DNA from: Promethearchaeota archaeon
Lineage (GTDB): Archaea > Asgardarchaeota > Lokiarchaeia > Sigyniarchaeales > SOKP01
Length of the DNA stretch: 64,000 nucleotides
Reading direction: 5' to 3'
Assembly (NCBI GenBank): GCA_011364975.1
Contig: RDOE01000004.1
Coordinates: 14,205-78,204 of the forward strand
Below are positions 10,174-20,587 of this stretch, piece by piece (position 1 is the first letter of the stretch; every line of letters starts with the position of its first letter). The notes under the pieces were generated by a model. That model was not told the DNA's origin. It saw only the letters and a list, made by a program, of their open reading frames with translations, and made no database searches. The position numbers and the translations under genes were made by a program.

Positions 10174-11331
10174 ATGAACAGTTTTGAGAGAATTTGGAGT
10201 GCATTGAATTTAGAGGAACCAGATATGATTCCTACACATACAATTAACATTGATGGTAATGTTTCGGACTTAATATTAGGAAAGCCTGAGAAAACAGCAT
10301 TTGATGTATTCAATGAAATGCAACAGCAATATCCTGATGAGTGGGTTGACAAAATTAATGATATTCTTCATGATATCGAAATTTCTGTTATGGCAAAGTC
10401 TGTGCGGGCAGGATATGAATTAGGCTTTGATGGGGTTGGAATCCAATATATTCCTTTCATTATCGAGAACCAAGAAGAGATGACCGATATATTCGGAAAA
10501 AGACACAAAATTCGCAACATTGATGGAAACGCTTATCCGGATTATTATGGTGGTTATATAAAAAACAGGCAAGATTGGGAAACATATCCAAAACCAGATA
10601 TGAAAGAAGAATATAATCGCGCTAAGAAGCTATATAAAGGAGTCTTACGTAAATGCAAAGATATTAAAGAAGATATCTGTATAATTGCTCAAAATGCCTT
10701 AACATCTGTCTTTCCTCCTGTATGGCAAGGAATGGGCATGACTAACTTCGTCCGCGCCTTAAAAAATGATCCTAAACTAATTGAAGAGCGATTTAGATAT
10801 ACAACTGATTTCGTTTTGACTGTATTTGAAGCTTATAAGGATTGTGGAGCCAAGATTTTTCTAGAAGGAGGAGACATTGCACATAGTGGTGGACCAATGA
10901 TCAATCCAAAATACTTCGATGAGTATGTGAAACCTTGCCTCCAAGAGGTAGCAGATGCTATTCATAGCTGGGGAGGAAAATACATATTACACACAGATGG
11001 AGACATTACTAGCCAATTGGATTTTATCGTAGAATGTGGGTTTGATGGGTTGCAATGCTTAGAACCTCCTCTTGTAGATTTAAATTGGGTTAAAAAGAAC
11101 TATGGCGATAAGTTATGTTTATCAGGAAATATTGATACAAGATATGTCTTAGTAAAAGGTAGCAGAGAAGAAGTATTTGATGCTGTAAAAAAAGCAGTCA
11201 AATTTTTAGGACCTAATGGCGGAGCGATGATCTCTCCAGCAAATTTTCATCCTCAGATTTCTGTAGATCGTTTAAAATGGATGATTGAAGCTGCTAATAA
11301 ATTTGGGAAATATCCCCTAACAGAAATATAA
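10174..11331 (+). CDS. Uroporphyrinogen decarboxylase/MtaA-CmuA family protein
   Basis: MNSFERIWSALNLEEPD..P, GDIAH..GPMINP..F.EYVKP, ILHTDG, CLSGNID. Confidence 0.85.
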   Translation: MNSFERIWSALNLEEPDMIPTHTINIDGNVSDLILGKPEKTAFDVFNEMQQQYPDEWVDKINDILHDIEISVMAKSVRAGYELGFDGVGIQYIPFIIENQEEMTDIFGKRHKIRNIDGNAYPDYYGGYIKNRQDWETYPKPDMKEEYNRAKKLYKGVLRKCKDIKEDICIIAQNALTSVFPPVWQGMGMTNFVRALKNDPKLIEERFRYTTDFVLTVFEAYKDCGAKIFLEGGDIAHSGGPMINPKYFDEYVKPCLQEVADAIHSWGGKYILHTDGDITSQLDFIVECGFDGLQCLEPPLVDLNWVKKNYGDKLCLSGNIDTRYVLVKGSREEVFDAVKKAVKFLGPNGGAMISPANFHPQISVDRLKWMIEAANKFGKYPLTEI

Positions 11332-11393
11332 CTAAAAACTCCCATTAATTAGTTTAAAATATAATTACAAAAAAAAAAAGAAATTGTTGAAAT

Positions 11394-11729
11394 TTACTTA
11401 ATCATTAATGCTGGAACAATAGATCTGGATTTATATGAATTCTTATACTGGCGTTTGAAGTACCTAGCTAACCTTATCAGAAGAATTGTTCCAACCATTG
11501 CCATTGCAAATAAGATCAATGTACTATATGGCGTGAATGAGCAATGTGCATAATATCCTAAGTAACATGGTTTACTTGCCTCATCAGGTAGCATAGTAAG
11601 GATTCCTGCAGAAAAACCGCCTGCTATTAATCCGACTATTAATGTTAAGTAAATTAGAATAAAAGTTGATTTTACAACCTTTAATACTACTTTAACTGCT
11701 AAATTTTTTCGTTTCAATTTTTTCACCAA
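11394..11729 (-). CDS. Small membrane protein with Cys/His loop
   Basis: Two TM segments flanking ASKPCYLGYYAHCSFTPYST. Confidence 0.65.
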   Translation of the reverse strand: MVKKLKRKNLAVKVVLKVVKSTFILIYLTLIVGLIAGGFSAGILTMLPDEASKPCYLGYYAHCSFTPYSTLILFAMAMVGTILLIRLARYFKRQYKNSYKSRSIVPALMIK

Positions 11730-11994
11730 TAAATTGTGTTAATAAAATAGGAGCGATCATCCTCATATAATTCGATGTACCCTCTTAAGATAATAAATCG
11801 ATAGAAAAAGGCTTATCAATTGATGGATTTTTACCTTTTTTTAGAATAAAAGCAATAATTTATGATTACTTTATTAGCTAATTGGTTGAAAAAAATCATA
11901 TTTTCATCCATAACTTTAACGGTTTTATTCCCTTCAGTTAGAACTTACTCTTATAACCTGTTCCATTCTTTTTCTAGATTAAAATTGTTTAAAG

Positions 11995-12198
11995 GTGATT
12001 ATTATAAGTTATAGTAAACGATGCCCTTGTCCTAAAATGAATTGTCCTAATCATGGAGATTGTGAGGCATGCCAACAATATCATGAAAAGTCAAATGGTT
12101 TACCTTTTTGTAAAAGAAATCATGGATTCTTTACCAAGATTTTCTACAGGAGAAATTATAAGATGGTTCAGCAATTAATAATGGAGGGGATGCTATGA
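11995..12198 (+). CDS. Small Cys-rich putative metal-binding protein
   Basis: CPCPKMNCPNHGDCEACQQYH...PFC motif; 4-nt overlap with the next gene. Confidence 0.7.
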   Translation: MIIISYSKRCPCPKMNCPNHGDCEACQQYHEKSNGLPFCKRNHGFFTKIFYRRNYKMVQQLIMEGML

Positions 12199-12659
12199 AG
12201 AAAGCTATCATCCTATATGATTCCTTGTACGGAAATACTAAAAAAGTCGCTATGTCATTAACTCGCGGATTAGAATCTGGAGGGGTTTATGTAGACGTCA
12301 TTTCAATTCAGGAATTAGAGATCAGTGAACTTAATAACTATGAACTTATTGGTATAGGGGGTCCAACTCATTTCCATGGTGCTTCAAAACAAATGAAATC
12401 CTTTTTATCCAAAATTAAACATTTAAGATTGAAAAACAAAGTAGGGTTTGCATTTGAAACGAAAGCAGACTTTAAATTTTCAGGTTCTGCTGCTAAACGT
12501 ATAGTGAGATCGTTAAAACAGATGAAAATACCACTTATTCATTCTATAATTACTGGTATAGTTCTTAACAAAGAAGGCCCATTAGAGGACTCAACTTCTA
12601 GTAGTATGGAGCAAATTGGATTAATTATCTCAGAAAAAATGAATAATAAGGTGAACTAA
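12195..12659 (+). CDS. Flavodoxin domain protein
   Basis: IILYDSLYGNTKKVA, IGIGGPTH, GFAFETK, GSAA. Confidence 0.88.
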   Translation: MKKAIILYDSLYGNTKKVAMSLTRGLESGGVYVDVISIQELEISELNNYELIGIGGPTHFHGASKQMKSFLSKIKHLRLKNKVGFAFETKADFKFSGSAAKRIVRSLKQMKIPLIHSIITGIVLNKEGPLEDSTSSSMEQIGLIISEKMNNKVN

Positions 12660-12663
12660 CTAA

Positions 12664-13005
12664 ATGAACACTCAAGTTTTGCTAAGTCGAATAAAGTGGA
12701 TATTATTATCCGGAGGGGCTTTATTTTTCTGTATTCGAGCAATTGGCCTTGCTAGTTCAGGGGGAGATTGTTTTGGAACAATAAATCCTCTCCTTTCATG
12801 AATTCTCTTAATCTCAGAGGTCTTGATTTCAGGAACTGCGGCTATCGCTGGAGTAATTGGATTAATTCAATGGCTCATGTTTAAAAAACAGGATATTGAA
12901 ATATCTGATAAAGGTTTAAGAAAAGTAATAGTATTTACGGGAATTACTGCATACATAATTCATTGTATAAGAGTCGCAATTTGGATTTTATTTTGCGTAA
13001 TATAG
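12664..13005 (+). pseudogene. 3-TM membrane protein (113 codons) interrupted by one in-frame TGA at 12799-12801
   Basis: ATG 4 nt after the flavodoxin stop. Reads MNTQVLLSRIKWILLSGGALFF...INPLLS*ILLISEVLISGTAA..., continuing in frame into ORF 12823..13005. Confidence 0.6.
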
Positions 13006-13031
13006 ATAATATTCAATCTAAATCTTTTTTT

Positions 13032-13943
13032 TTATTTGTATAATAACTTTTCCTTCCATGTATCAAAATAATATACATTGGACATGATATCGAAAAGTAA
13101 TGATTCAACTTTTTCTCTTTTTATATTCTCAACTAAATCTGTAAGTTCTTTCATCGTATTAACCCACACCCAACACACGATAAGATTAGGAAGATTGCTA
13201 AATGTCCAACAATAGAAGAGATGCGGATAATATTTTTCATTTAATTCTTTTGCTAATTGAACTTTATCTGTCATGGGTTTAGTAGATACCTGGAAAAAAG
13301 CGAAAATGTCATTAGATTCTTGAGGATTAAAGTTAATAGTCAACTCAACAATACCTTCATCTACTAATCGAGTTAATCTACGCCTTATAGTATTTGAAGT
13401 ACTACTTACATCATCTGCGATTTCTGAAATAGGTTTCCGTGAGTCCTTATGTAATGAACGAATAATTTCTACATCTAATTTATCAAAATTCATTGTTCCT
13501 GACTTTGGGATAATATAAGGAACAGATGATTTATATTGAACACCTGATAGGAACCCAATTTTTGGGGATTGTATTTCGGCAGTTTGGGAAACAAATGAAG
13601 CATATTCATCCAATTGGTGAATATTTTCTAACATAGCGCCAATATACATATAATTACGACTTGATAACATTATTTGCCACGTATTATCATGTTCCCCTAA
13701 CTTGGATATTTTATTATTAACATCTTGAGATTTACTTTGACCAAAAATGAATGTATAAATAGCATTAATCGCATATGGTTTAATCCTTGTAACAAATCTT
13801 TCAATAATTCTTAAATCAATTAAACTTTGCACTCGTTTAAAAACTGCGTTGACTGATAAATTTAGATATTCTGAAATTTCTCTATACGTTAGTCGAGAAT
13901 TATTCATCAAAGCGAGTATTATTTTAAGGTCTATTTCGTCCAT
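13032..13943 (-). CDS. Lrp/AsnC family transcriptional regulator with two tandem Lrp units
   Basis: MDEIDLKIILALMNNSRLTYREIS and a second unit FDKLDVEIIRSLHKDSRKPISEIA. Confidence 0.9.
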   Translation of the reverse strand: MDEIDLKIILALMNNSRLTYREISEYLNLSVNAVFKRVQSLIDLRIIERFVTRIKPYAINAIYTFIFGQSKSQDVNNKISKLGEHDNTWQIMLSSRNYMYIGAMLENIHQLDEYASFVSQTAEIQSPKIGFLSGVQYKSSVPYIIPKSGTMNFDKLDVEIIRSLHKDSRKPISEIADDVSSTSNTIRRRLTRLVDEGIVELTINFNPQESNDIFAFFQVSTKPMTDKVQLAKELNEKYYPHLFYCWTFSNLPNLIVCWVWVNTMKELTDLVENIKREKVESLLFDIMSNVYYFDTWKEKLLYK

Positions 13944-14160
13944 GGCTATGATAAATTAAAAATAACTATTAAATGGTTTCTTATACTTTTTAATTAAGCT
14001 TTTTATTGCTATAATACTTAGGATTTTTCTAAAATATTCCTCGTAGTTTTATCCCCCATTGACTATATTTTAATTGTATTAGACTACTATTTGCTATAAA
14101 CTTCTCTACTAAGCATAGTTAAAAGTATGATTATTTAACGAAAAAAAAGGAAGTTATGTT

Positions 14161-15123
14161 CTAAGTAATTTTATTTTTAGTTACCTTTTTCTCCTTAATA
14201 ATCATTATAATCGCGAAAATCATTATAATCGTTCCTAAAAAATGGTAAATAGTAAAAACTTCATTTAATAATAAGAAAGAGAAGATTGCGGTTACTATTG
14301 GCGTTAATGAACCAATGATGGTAATTTTACCAATCTGGAAATAGGTTAATGCTTTATACCAGAAAAATAAAGTAAAGCCATAATCAACTCCATTTAAAAT
14401 AAAGTAAACATAATTAATAGGAGTTAATAAAATGCTAACATTGTCTAAAGGGAAAAAGAAAAAATAAGTAGAGATCAATAAGATTCCGCTAAAAAAATTA
14501 CGAATAAACACTACTTGAGAGGAAAAAAGTTCATTTTTTTCCAAGCTAATTTTAGTTAATGTATGAATTAAAGTAAACAGCCCTACTGTGAAAACTATTA
14601 GAATTACACCTAGATTTAATTCAATAATATTTAAAGATCCTTGAGTTACCGCCAATATTAAGCCAAAAAAGAGGATTACACAAAATACAATTTGAAGTTT
14701 ACTTATACGCTCATTTAACATAAAATATCCAAAAATTAATGCAAATATAATCTCAGATTTTGAAGCAAGCGCACTATTAATAGATCCTGCCAATGAATAA
14801 CCAATATATAAAAATATCGGAATAAATGAAAAACCTATTACGATTATAATTAATAAAATTAGATTATTTTTCTTTTTCCATCCATAAAGCAATAACGATA
14901 CATTTTCCTGCTTGGGTGAATTTCTCATTTTTGATTTTAACTTTCTCCTCTCAATTATAAAAATAGGAAAAAAGATAAGAGCTTCAATAAGAGCAGTTAT
15001 TGCACCAAAAATATACGCATCTACGGATGATGGTCTAGCATTTGCAATGACGGGTTGTAATCCCATCAAAAATGCCCCACTAGCACTATATAATAATCCT
15101 TTCTTGAAATTGTAATTCTCCAC
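14161..15123 (-). CDS. EamA/DMT family transporter, paralog of 9133..10077
   Basis: Shared GLQPVIANARP / GFQPIVANSRP and AGSINSAL / AGAINGSL motifs; about 10 TM. Confidence 0.88.
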   Translation of the reverse strand: MENYNFKKGLLYSASGAFLMGLQPVIANARPSSVDAYIFGAITALIEALIFFPIFIIERRKLKSKMRNSPKQENVSLLLYGWKKKNNLILLIIIVIGFSFIPIFLYIGYSLAGSINSALASKSEIIFALIFGYFMLNERISKLQIVFCVILFFGLILAVTQGSLNIIELNLGVILIVFTVGLFTLIHTLTKISLEKNELFSSQVVFIRNFFSGILLISTYFFFFPLDNVSILLTPINYVYFILNGVDYGFTLFFWYKALTYFQIGKITIIGSLTPIVTAIFSFLLLNEVFTIYHFLGTIIMIFAIIMIIKEKKVTKNKIT

Positions 15124-15179
15124 GTTATAAGAAAAAAATTAATTAAGAATTAAAAATTTGGGAAATATACAAAATCCTT

Positions 15180-16040
15180 ATGGAAAAGAACTTGTATATG
15201 GATGTAAATAAAAACTGGTTCAAAGATAAGATTAATACCTTTCTTGAAAACGATCAAAGTAATAAAATGATTAGGCTTGATGGATCCTACATATTCGAAC
15301 CAAACGTGTTAGTTGGTATCGTGTCGGGTGATGATCCTATCTACATAAAATATAAAGAGATTATTGGGGATTTCCATCTTACGCCCTCAGAAGCATATGA
15401 ATGGTATTGTAAAAAGCAAAACAAAGAGAATTCTACACAAGAATTAAGCGTAATTGCCTATATCCTCCCTATTAATCAAAGGACAAAGGATGAGAACTTT
15501 ACTTATTCTAAAGAAATGCCCTCAGAGCGATGGGCTCATACTAGATTATTTGGAGAGCAGGCAAACATGAAGCTTCAAACATACTTGGTGGAACAACTTG
15601 CTAAATTAGAAATAGATGCCTTTGCACCCGCTTTAGATAATAATTTATTTAAAATTAATAGAACTATTTGGGCTTCTAACTGGTCCCACCGCCATAGTTG
15701 TTTTGCTGCGGGATTAGGTACTTTTGGATTGTCAGATGGATTTATAAATCCTCGAGGCAAAGCCATGAGATGTGGATCTATTATAATTAACTTAAAATTA
15801 CCCTCAGATGCTAAAAATCGAGCTTCTGACCCCTATGAATATTGTAATTATTGTGGAGATTGTATCATTAGATGCCCAGTAAACGCAATATCCTTTGAAA
15901 ATCGTCATGATAAAATAGTATGTTCTAAACATGTAATGGGTACGATCCCTTATATACAAAAGAACTACGGAATAAATATTTACGCTTGTGGGTTATGTCA
16001 AGTGGCGGTATCATGTTCGGATGGAATTCCTAAAAAATAG
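15180..16040 (+). CDS. Epoxyqueuosine reductase (QueG)-like Fe-S/cobalamin-fold protein
   Basis: WSHRHSCFAAGLGTFG, CNYCGDCIIRCP, CGLCQVAVSC. Confidence 0.75.
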   Translation: MEKNLYMDVNKNWFKDKINTFLENDQSNKMIRLDGSYIFEPNVLVGIVSGDDPIYIKYKEIIGDFHLTPSEAYEWYCKKQNKENSTQELSVIAYILPINQRTKDENFTYSKEMPSERWAHTRLFGEQANMKLQTYLVEQLAKLEIDAFAPALDNNLFKINRTIWASNWSHRHSCFAAGLGTFGLSDGFINPRGKAMRCGSIIINLKLPSDAKNRASDPYEYCNYCGDCIIRCPVNAISFENRHDKIVCSKHVMGTIPYIQKNYGINIYACGLCQVAVSCSDGIPKK

Positions 16041-16059
16041 AAAAGAAAAAATCTAAATA

Positions 16060-17877
16060 TTATTTTTTATAAGTTCCAAATTGAGGAAAACTTCTTAGCT
16101 GAGCGGAATTAAAGACAGGTCCGTCTTTACATACAGAGATATTGTTATCTTCACCAATGCAACACGAACCACACAATCCTACTCCACATTTCATTTTGCG
16201 CTCTAAACTAGCTTGAACCTCAATCATTTTTGAATCCGCAATTTCAAGAACTCGCTTCATCATAATCTCTGGACCGCATGTGATTATTAAATCAATTTTC
16301 TCGCTATTAATAATCTCTTCCATTGTATCTGTCACCAGGCATTTTTTTCCGATAGAGCCATCTTCTGTTGCACACATTGTGCTTGGAATTAAATCTATTA
16401 GCCGATCTGCAAAAATCAAAGATGCATCATCCTTTGCCCCGATTGTGACAAATATATTCTTTTTATTGCGCTTTAAGGGGTTTATCAAGGAGGTTAATCC
16501 AGCAATCCCCATTCCTCCTCCAACGATTAAAATATTTTTAGCATCCTCGTAATTGAATGAAGTCCCGAAAGGACCTCGGATTCCAATTTTTTCCCCAATC
16601 CTCATTTCAAATAACTTGGAAGTCCCTTCCCCAATCTTCTGAACGGTGATTTCAATTTGGTTTCCCTCTACATTAGAAATAGACATAGGTAAAAAATCGT
16701 AATCCGGTATCCATAATATAATAAACATTCCAGGACGATACGCTTTTGCAATTCTTTCATTTCTAAGTATAAAACTTTTAATTTCGGAAGAATAACTTAT
16801 AATATCTTCAATTTTTACGATATCTGTTTTGTTTCTAGTTATATCCAAAATTAATCCTTCTTTATCTTTTTCAAGTGGTTGGGTTTCTAAGATTCCTTTT
16901 CTTATAGCTAAATCAAATAGCTGCTTACCTTTTTCAGTTCTTATTATTGCGGTATTCCATCCATTAGAACTGCCAAACTCGCCAACCGATATATCAGCAA
17001 ATGAGGCGGTATAATCTGAACAAGAAAAACACGCTTTTCTAATAGCCTTATCGTAAAGATAATTTAAGGGAATATTCACAGTATTCGTATTAGTCTTAAT
17101 TAATAAATTGAAATTATCCTTATCAGTAATTATCGATTTGATTTCATTTTCTATGATTCCTTTTTCTTTATAAATCTGATTGAGTATCTGATTGTAATAA
17201 GTGCCTGTACAAAATGTTCCAATCGTTAAGCTCACTAAATCATATGCCTCAAAATCAAAGCCAGGATGATTTTGTAGTTTTCTTAAAGCCTGAATTTGAC
17301 ATGGAGTTCCAACAATTGCAATATCACAATAGTTCTGATTGATTGCTTTTCCAATTAATGATAAAACAGGTCCCTGAGATGGTTTATAACCTACACCTTT
17401 CACCAAGTCTTTAGTTGATTCTGCAATAAATGGAGATGGTCTGAAATTTTCATCCTTATCTGTAATAATTGCTGCATCTATTATTTTAGCTTTCATTGCA
17501 GAATGTAATAACCCAGTAAGAGGACCAGCTTCATTAGGAAGTTCTTCTCGGGCTTTATCGGTTAACTTAATTGATATTATCTCTAAATAATGACCAAGAA
17601 TTTTATCTTGCTTTTTCTGGAAAACCCATTGATCTAAGAGACTTATAGGGAAATTTTCAATTTCTGTTTTAGGGCATAAATTATAACAAACACCAAAACC
17701 ATCCCGACACGTATTGATGTCTTTACATGAACCATCTTCAATAGGAACTTCTTTTTCTCGATCAAATTTAATATTATCACAGAAAGCCCCACAAGCTCCA
17801 CAATATACACATTTTCCGCTATTAATAACCTCAGAAACAAGTTCGTTCCAACCTTTTTGCGCTTTATTTATAAACAT
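16060..17877 (-). CDS. Fusion of FrhB-type (F420 hydrogenase/dehydrogenase beta) domain and PyrK/NfnA-type FAD/NAD(P)/2Fe-2S electron transfer domain
   Basis: N-part: CVYCGACGAFC, VGTPCQ, CFSCSDYTASFADISVG. C-part: RGPFG, VGGGMGIAG, TEDGS.G, CGPE.MM, MKCGVGLCGSC...VCKDGPVF. Confidence 0.85.
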   Translation of the reverse strand: MFINKAQKGWNELVSEVINSGKCVYCGACGAFCDNIKFDREKEVPIEDGSCKDINTCRDGFGVCYNLCPKTEIENFPISLLDQWVFQKKQDKILGHYLEIISIKLTDKAREELPNEAGPLTGLLHSAMKAKIIDAAIITDKDENFRPSPFIAESTKDLVKGVGYKPSQGPVLSLIGKAINQNYCDIAIVGTPCQIQALRKLQNHPGFDFEAYDLVSLTIGTFCTGTYYNQILNQIYKEKGIIENEIKSIITDKDNFNLLIKTNTNTVNIPLNYLYDKAIRKACFSCSDYTASFADISVGEFGSSNGWNTAIIRTEKGKQLFDLAIRKGILETQPLEKDKEGLILDITRNKTDIVKIEDIISYSSEIKSFILRNERIAKAYRPGMFIILWIPDYDFLPMSISNVEGNQIEITVQKIGEGTSKLFEMRIGEKIGIRGPFGTSFNYEDAKNILIVGGGMGIAGLTSLINPLKRNKKNIFVTIGAKDDASLIFADRLIDLIPSTMCATEDGSIGKKCLVTDTMEEIINSEKIDLIITCGPEIMMKRVLEIADSKMIEVQASLERKMKCGVGLCGSCCIGEDNNISVCKDGPVFNSAQLRSFPQFGTYKK

Positions 17878-17879
17878 AA

Positions 17880-18479
17880 TTAATTTTTTGCCCCCTTTAA
17901 TTGTTTTAGAAATTCATTTGCCTCCTGCTTGCCTAATTCAAAAGCTTCTAAATTTTTATCAAGAGTAGCAGCAGGCACAAATTTCTTGATAGTTTCAATA
18001 GCAGATTCTTCAGAAAATATACCTGAAAGGATGGTAAAAATCCCAAATAAAATGGAATTTCCAAAAACCATATTCCCAAATTTCTCCACTGCCATTTTTT
18101 GAACAGGAATGCCAATAGCTTTATTAATTCGCTTTACTGATCGAAATTTTTGGATTGTAGAGGTGTCCCATACTAAAAATCCAGAATTTTCATTTATCTT
18201 AAGATGATCTGATTTAACATCACCTGCAGCCTCCTCTGAAAGTATAATAAGGAAGTCATAGGGTTGCATCGCTTTTGGATAATCTATTAATTTAACTTTT
18301 TTATCTAAATCTATAACTATTTCTGCCCAACATTTTCCTCCACGAGCGGATGAACTATAAGCCTCAGTTTGGGTAGCTGCTAGGTCTTCATATAATGAAC
18401 TCGCAGTAATTATCATTTTTGAAAGCGTTATTACCCCTTGTCCCCCAAATCCTACAATTCTAACTTCATACCTACTCAA
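17880..18479 (-). CDS. 2-oxoacid:ferredoxin oxidoreductase gamma subunit
   Basis: EVRIVGFGGQGVI, YSSSARGG, NLEAFELG. Confidence 0.9.
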   Translation of the reverse strand: MSRYEVRIVGFGGQGVITLSKMIITASSLYEDLAATQTEAYSSSARGGKCWAEIVIDLDKKVKLIDYPKAMQPYDFLIILSEEAAGDVKSDHLKINENSGFLVWDTSTIQKFRSVKRINKAIGIPVQKMAVEKFGNMVFGNSILFGIFTILSGIFSEESAIETIKKFVPAATLDKNLEAFELGKQEANEFLKQLKGAKN

Positions 18480-18481
18480 AT

Positions 18482-19399
18482 TTAATCTTCCTCCATAGCC
18501 CTTTTCTGAATTTTAGCATATTCTTCTGAATATTCGGGTTTACTATTATCGTATCGAAATTCACCGATAATATATCGATTAAATAGTTCATCATCGTCCA
18601 TAAATCTTGCTTGATTTTTTCTTACGCTATTTCGTTTAATCCAATCGATCATTTTTCCTCCTGTATCCATTTTACTACCTTGAATACCTAAATATTCAGC
18701 ACCTAAACTATCAAGATTTTTACTCCCAAAATATGTTAAACAAGGAGTAATGACTTCAATTATAGAAGTACCTTTATGGTTTAATGCTTTTCTAAAGTAT
18801 TTCATAAGAGTTCGCGGATGTGCTACTGTTATTCTCGCAATATACGATGCACCTGCGGCTAAAGCTAATTTCACAGCATCACTTCTATTTTCGAAGGTTT
18901 TATAAGTGGAAGTAGTGCTTTTTGAGCCATACAACGTGGTTGGGGCACCTTGACCACCTGTCATACCATAGATACTGTTATTAAATATAAGGATAACACA
19001 ATCAACATTTCTACGGCAAATATGAATGAAGTGATTTCCTCCAATTCCTAGACTATCCCCATCACCTGTGAATATGATAGGTTTTAATTTAGGGTTTGCT
19101 AATTTAATACCTGTAGCTATTGCTGGTGCTCGACCGTGTAATGCAAAAATTTTTTGAGAATTGTGATGTGCAAGTGTAACTAATTGGGTATAACAACCAA
19201 TTCCTATAATTAATGGAAAGGATAAAGGATCTAATTTATCATCCTCAAATACCCGAGTAAATAGGTGACCAATAATACCATATCCACACCCCGCACAAAA
19301 AAGAGAATTATAACTGCCAAAAAGAAATCCTCCAAACGAATGTTGGACATATGGATGATCTGGTTTCTCTGTGGGATATCTTGGACCTAAACCTGACAT
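18482..19399 (-). CDS. korB: 2-oxoacid:ferredoxin oxidoreductase beta subunit (TPP-binding)
   Basis: FCAGCG, GIGC, LHGRA, GDGD..GIGGNH, NNSIYGMTGGQ..PT, PC. Confidence 0.9.
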   Translation of the reverse strand: MSGLGPRYPTEKPDHPYVQHSFGGFLFGSYNSLFCAGCGYGIIGHLFTRVFEDDKLDPLSFPLIIGIGCYTQLVTLAHHNSQKIFALHGRAPAIATGIKLANPKLKPIIFTGDGDSLGIGGNHFIHICRRNVDCVILIFNNSIYGMTGGQGAPTTLYGSKSTTSTYKTFENRSDAVKLALAAGASYIARITVAHPRTLMKYFRKALNHKGTSIIEVITPCLTYFGSKNLDSLGAEYLGIQGSKMDTGGKMIDWIKRNSVRKNQARFMDDDELFNRYIIGEFRYDNSKPEYSEEYAKIQKRAMEED

Positions 19400-20571
19400 T
19401 ATTTTGATACCTCCTTAATAACATTTAAAATCTCTTCTGGATGATGAAACTCACCCACTTTGGGAATTTTAACTATTGGAATTTCAAGTTTCTTAACTCT
19501 TTCTACTTGCTCAGCAATAAATCCTGTATAATTTAATTCAGGTACAATGATTGCTTTGGCATTTTTTATAACCTCCCTAACTTTTTTATCAGGAAATGGC
19601 CATACTGTTACTAACCTAAATATTCCAACTTTTATTCCCTGCTCCCTTGCAATATCAACAGCTCGATAACTAGCTCTCACGGGCAGCCCGTAAGCTATAA
19701 TAATTATTTCTGCATCCTCTAATCTATATTCTTCAGTTATCGAAATTTTATCGATATTGGAAATTATTTTTTCAATTAACATTTCCATAAACTCTAATGA
19801 ATTAGATGTTGGAAGTCCTGCATAATTGTGGGGTAGATGAAGAGATGTAGGTGGGAAATATTCCGTACCGGCTATTGGAGTCTTTGGGATAACATACTGA
19901 CCAGTCATATCATCTTTATAAGAAAAAAATTTTGTATAATCTTGAGGTAGTTCACGCTTAATCACTTTCTTAATTATTTCTTCTTTCGGAGGAATATAAA
20001 CTGGTTCATGAAGATGTCCTAAATAAGCATCAGAGACAATAAATACAGGGCATCGATAAGTTTCCGCAAAATTGAAAGCTGTTATGGTTAATTCGAAAAG
20101 TTCTTGGCAGTTCATTGGTGCGAGTGCGATGACTTGAAACTCTCCATGACCTGCAAAACGTATTAATCCTAAATCGTTATGGTGAGGTGAAGTAACAGGT
20201 CCATGACTACCAGGGCCAACGCGTTGAACATCACACAAAACAAAAGGAATTTCAAGATTTGCCGCCATTGAGATCGTTTCAACCATTAAAGAAAGACCAG
20301 GACCCGAAGTTGCTGTCATTGCTTTTACACCGGCTAAGGATGCTCCAATAACAGCATTGATTGATGCTAATTCATCTTCCATTTGAATACAACTTCCACC
20401 AACTTCTGGTAACCGTTTAGTGAGATGCTCTATAACCTCAGTTGAAGGTGTTATTGGATAACCTCCAAAAAAGTTCAAACCTGCAGCTAATGCACCTTCT
20501 GACATAGCTACGTTCCCCATCATGACATATTTACCTTCTGGTAGATACCTTTTATTATTCTTTATACTCAT
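19399..20571 (-). CDS. korA: 2-oxoacid:ferredoxin oxidoreductase alpha subunit
   Basis: GYPITPSTE, QMEDE, ATSGPGLSLM, QRVGPG. ATG at 20571 preferred over GTG at 20583, which lies within an AGGTGA SD-like sequence. Confidence 0.92.
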   Translation of the reverse strand: MSIKNNKRYLPEGKYVMMGNVAMSEGALAAGLNFFGGYPITPSTEVIEHLTKRLPEVGGSCIQMEDELASINAVIGASLAGVKAMTATSGPGLSLMVETISMAANLEIPFVLCDVQRVGPGSHGPVTSPHHNDLGLIRFAGHGEFQVIALAPMNCQELFELTITAFNFAETYRCPVFIVSDAYLGHLHEPVYIPPKEEIIKKVIKRELPQDYTKFFSYKDDMTGQYVIPKTPIAGTEYFPPTSLHLPHNYAGLPTSNSLEFMEMLIEKIISNIDKISITEEYRLEDAEIIIIAYGLPVRASYRAVDIAREQGIKVGIFRLVTVWPFPDKKVREVIKNAKAIIVPELNYTGFIAEQVERVKKLEIPIVKIPKVGEFHHPEEILNVIKEVSK

Positions 20572-20587
20572 CTTTTTTCTCACCTTG

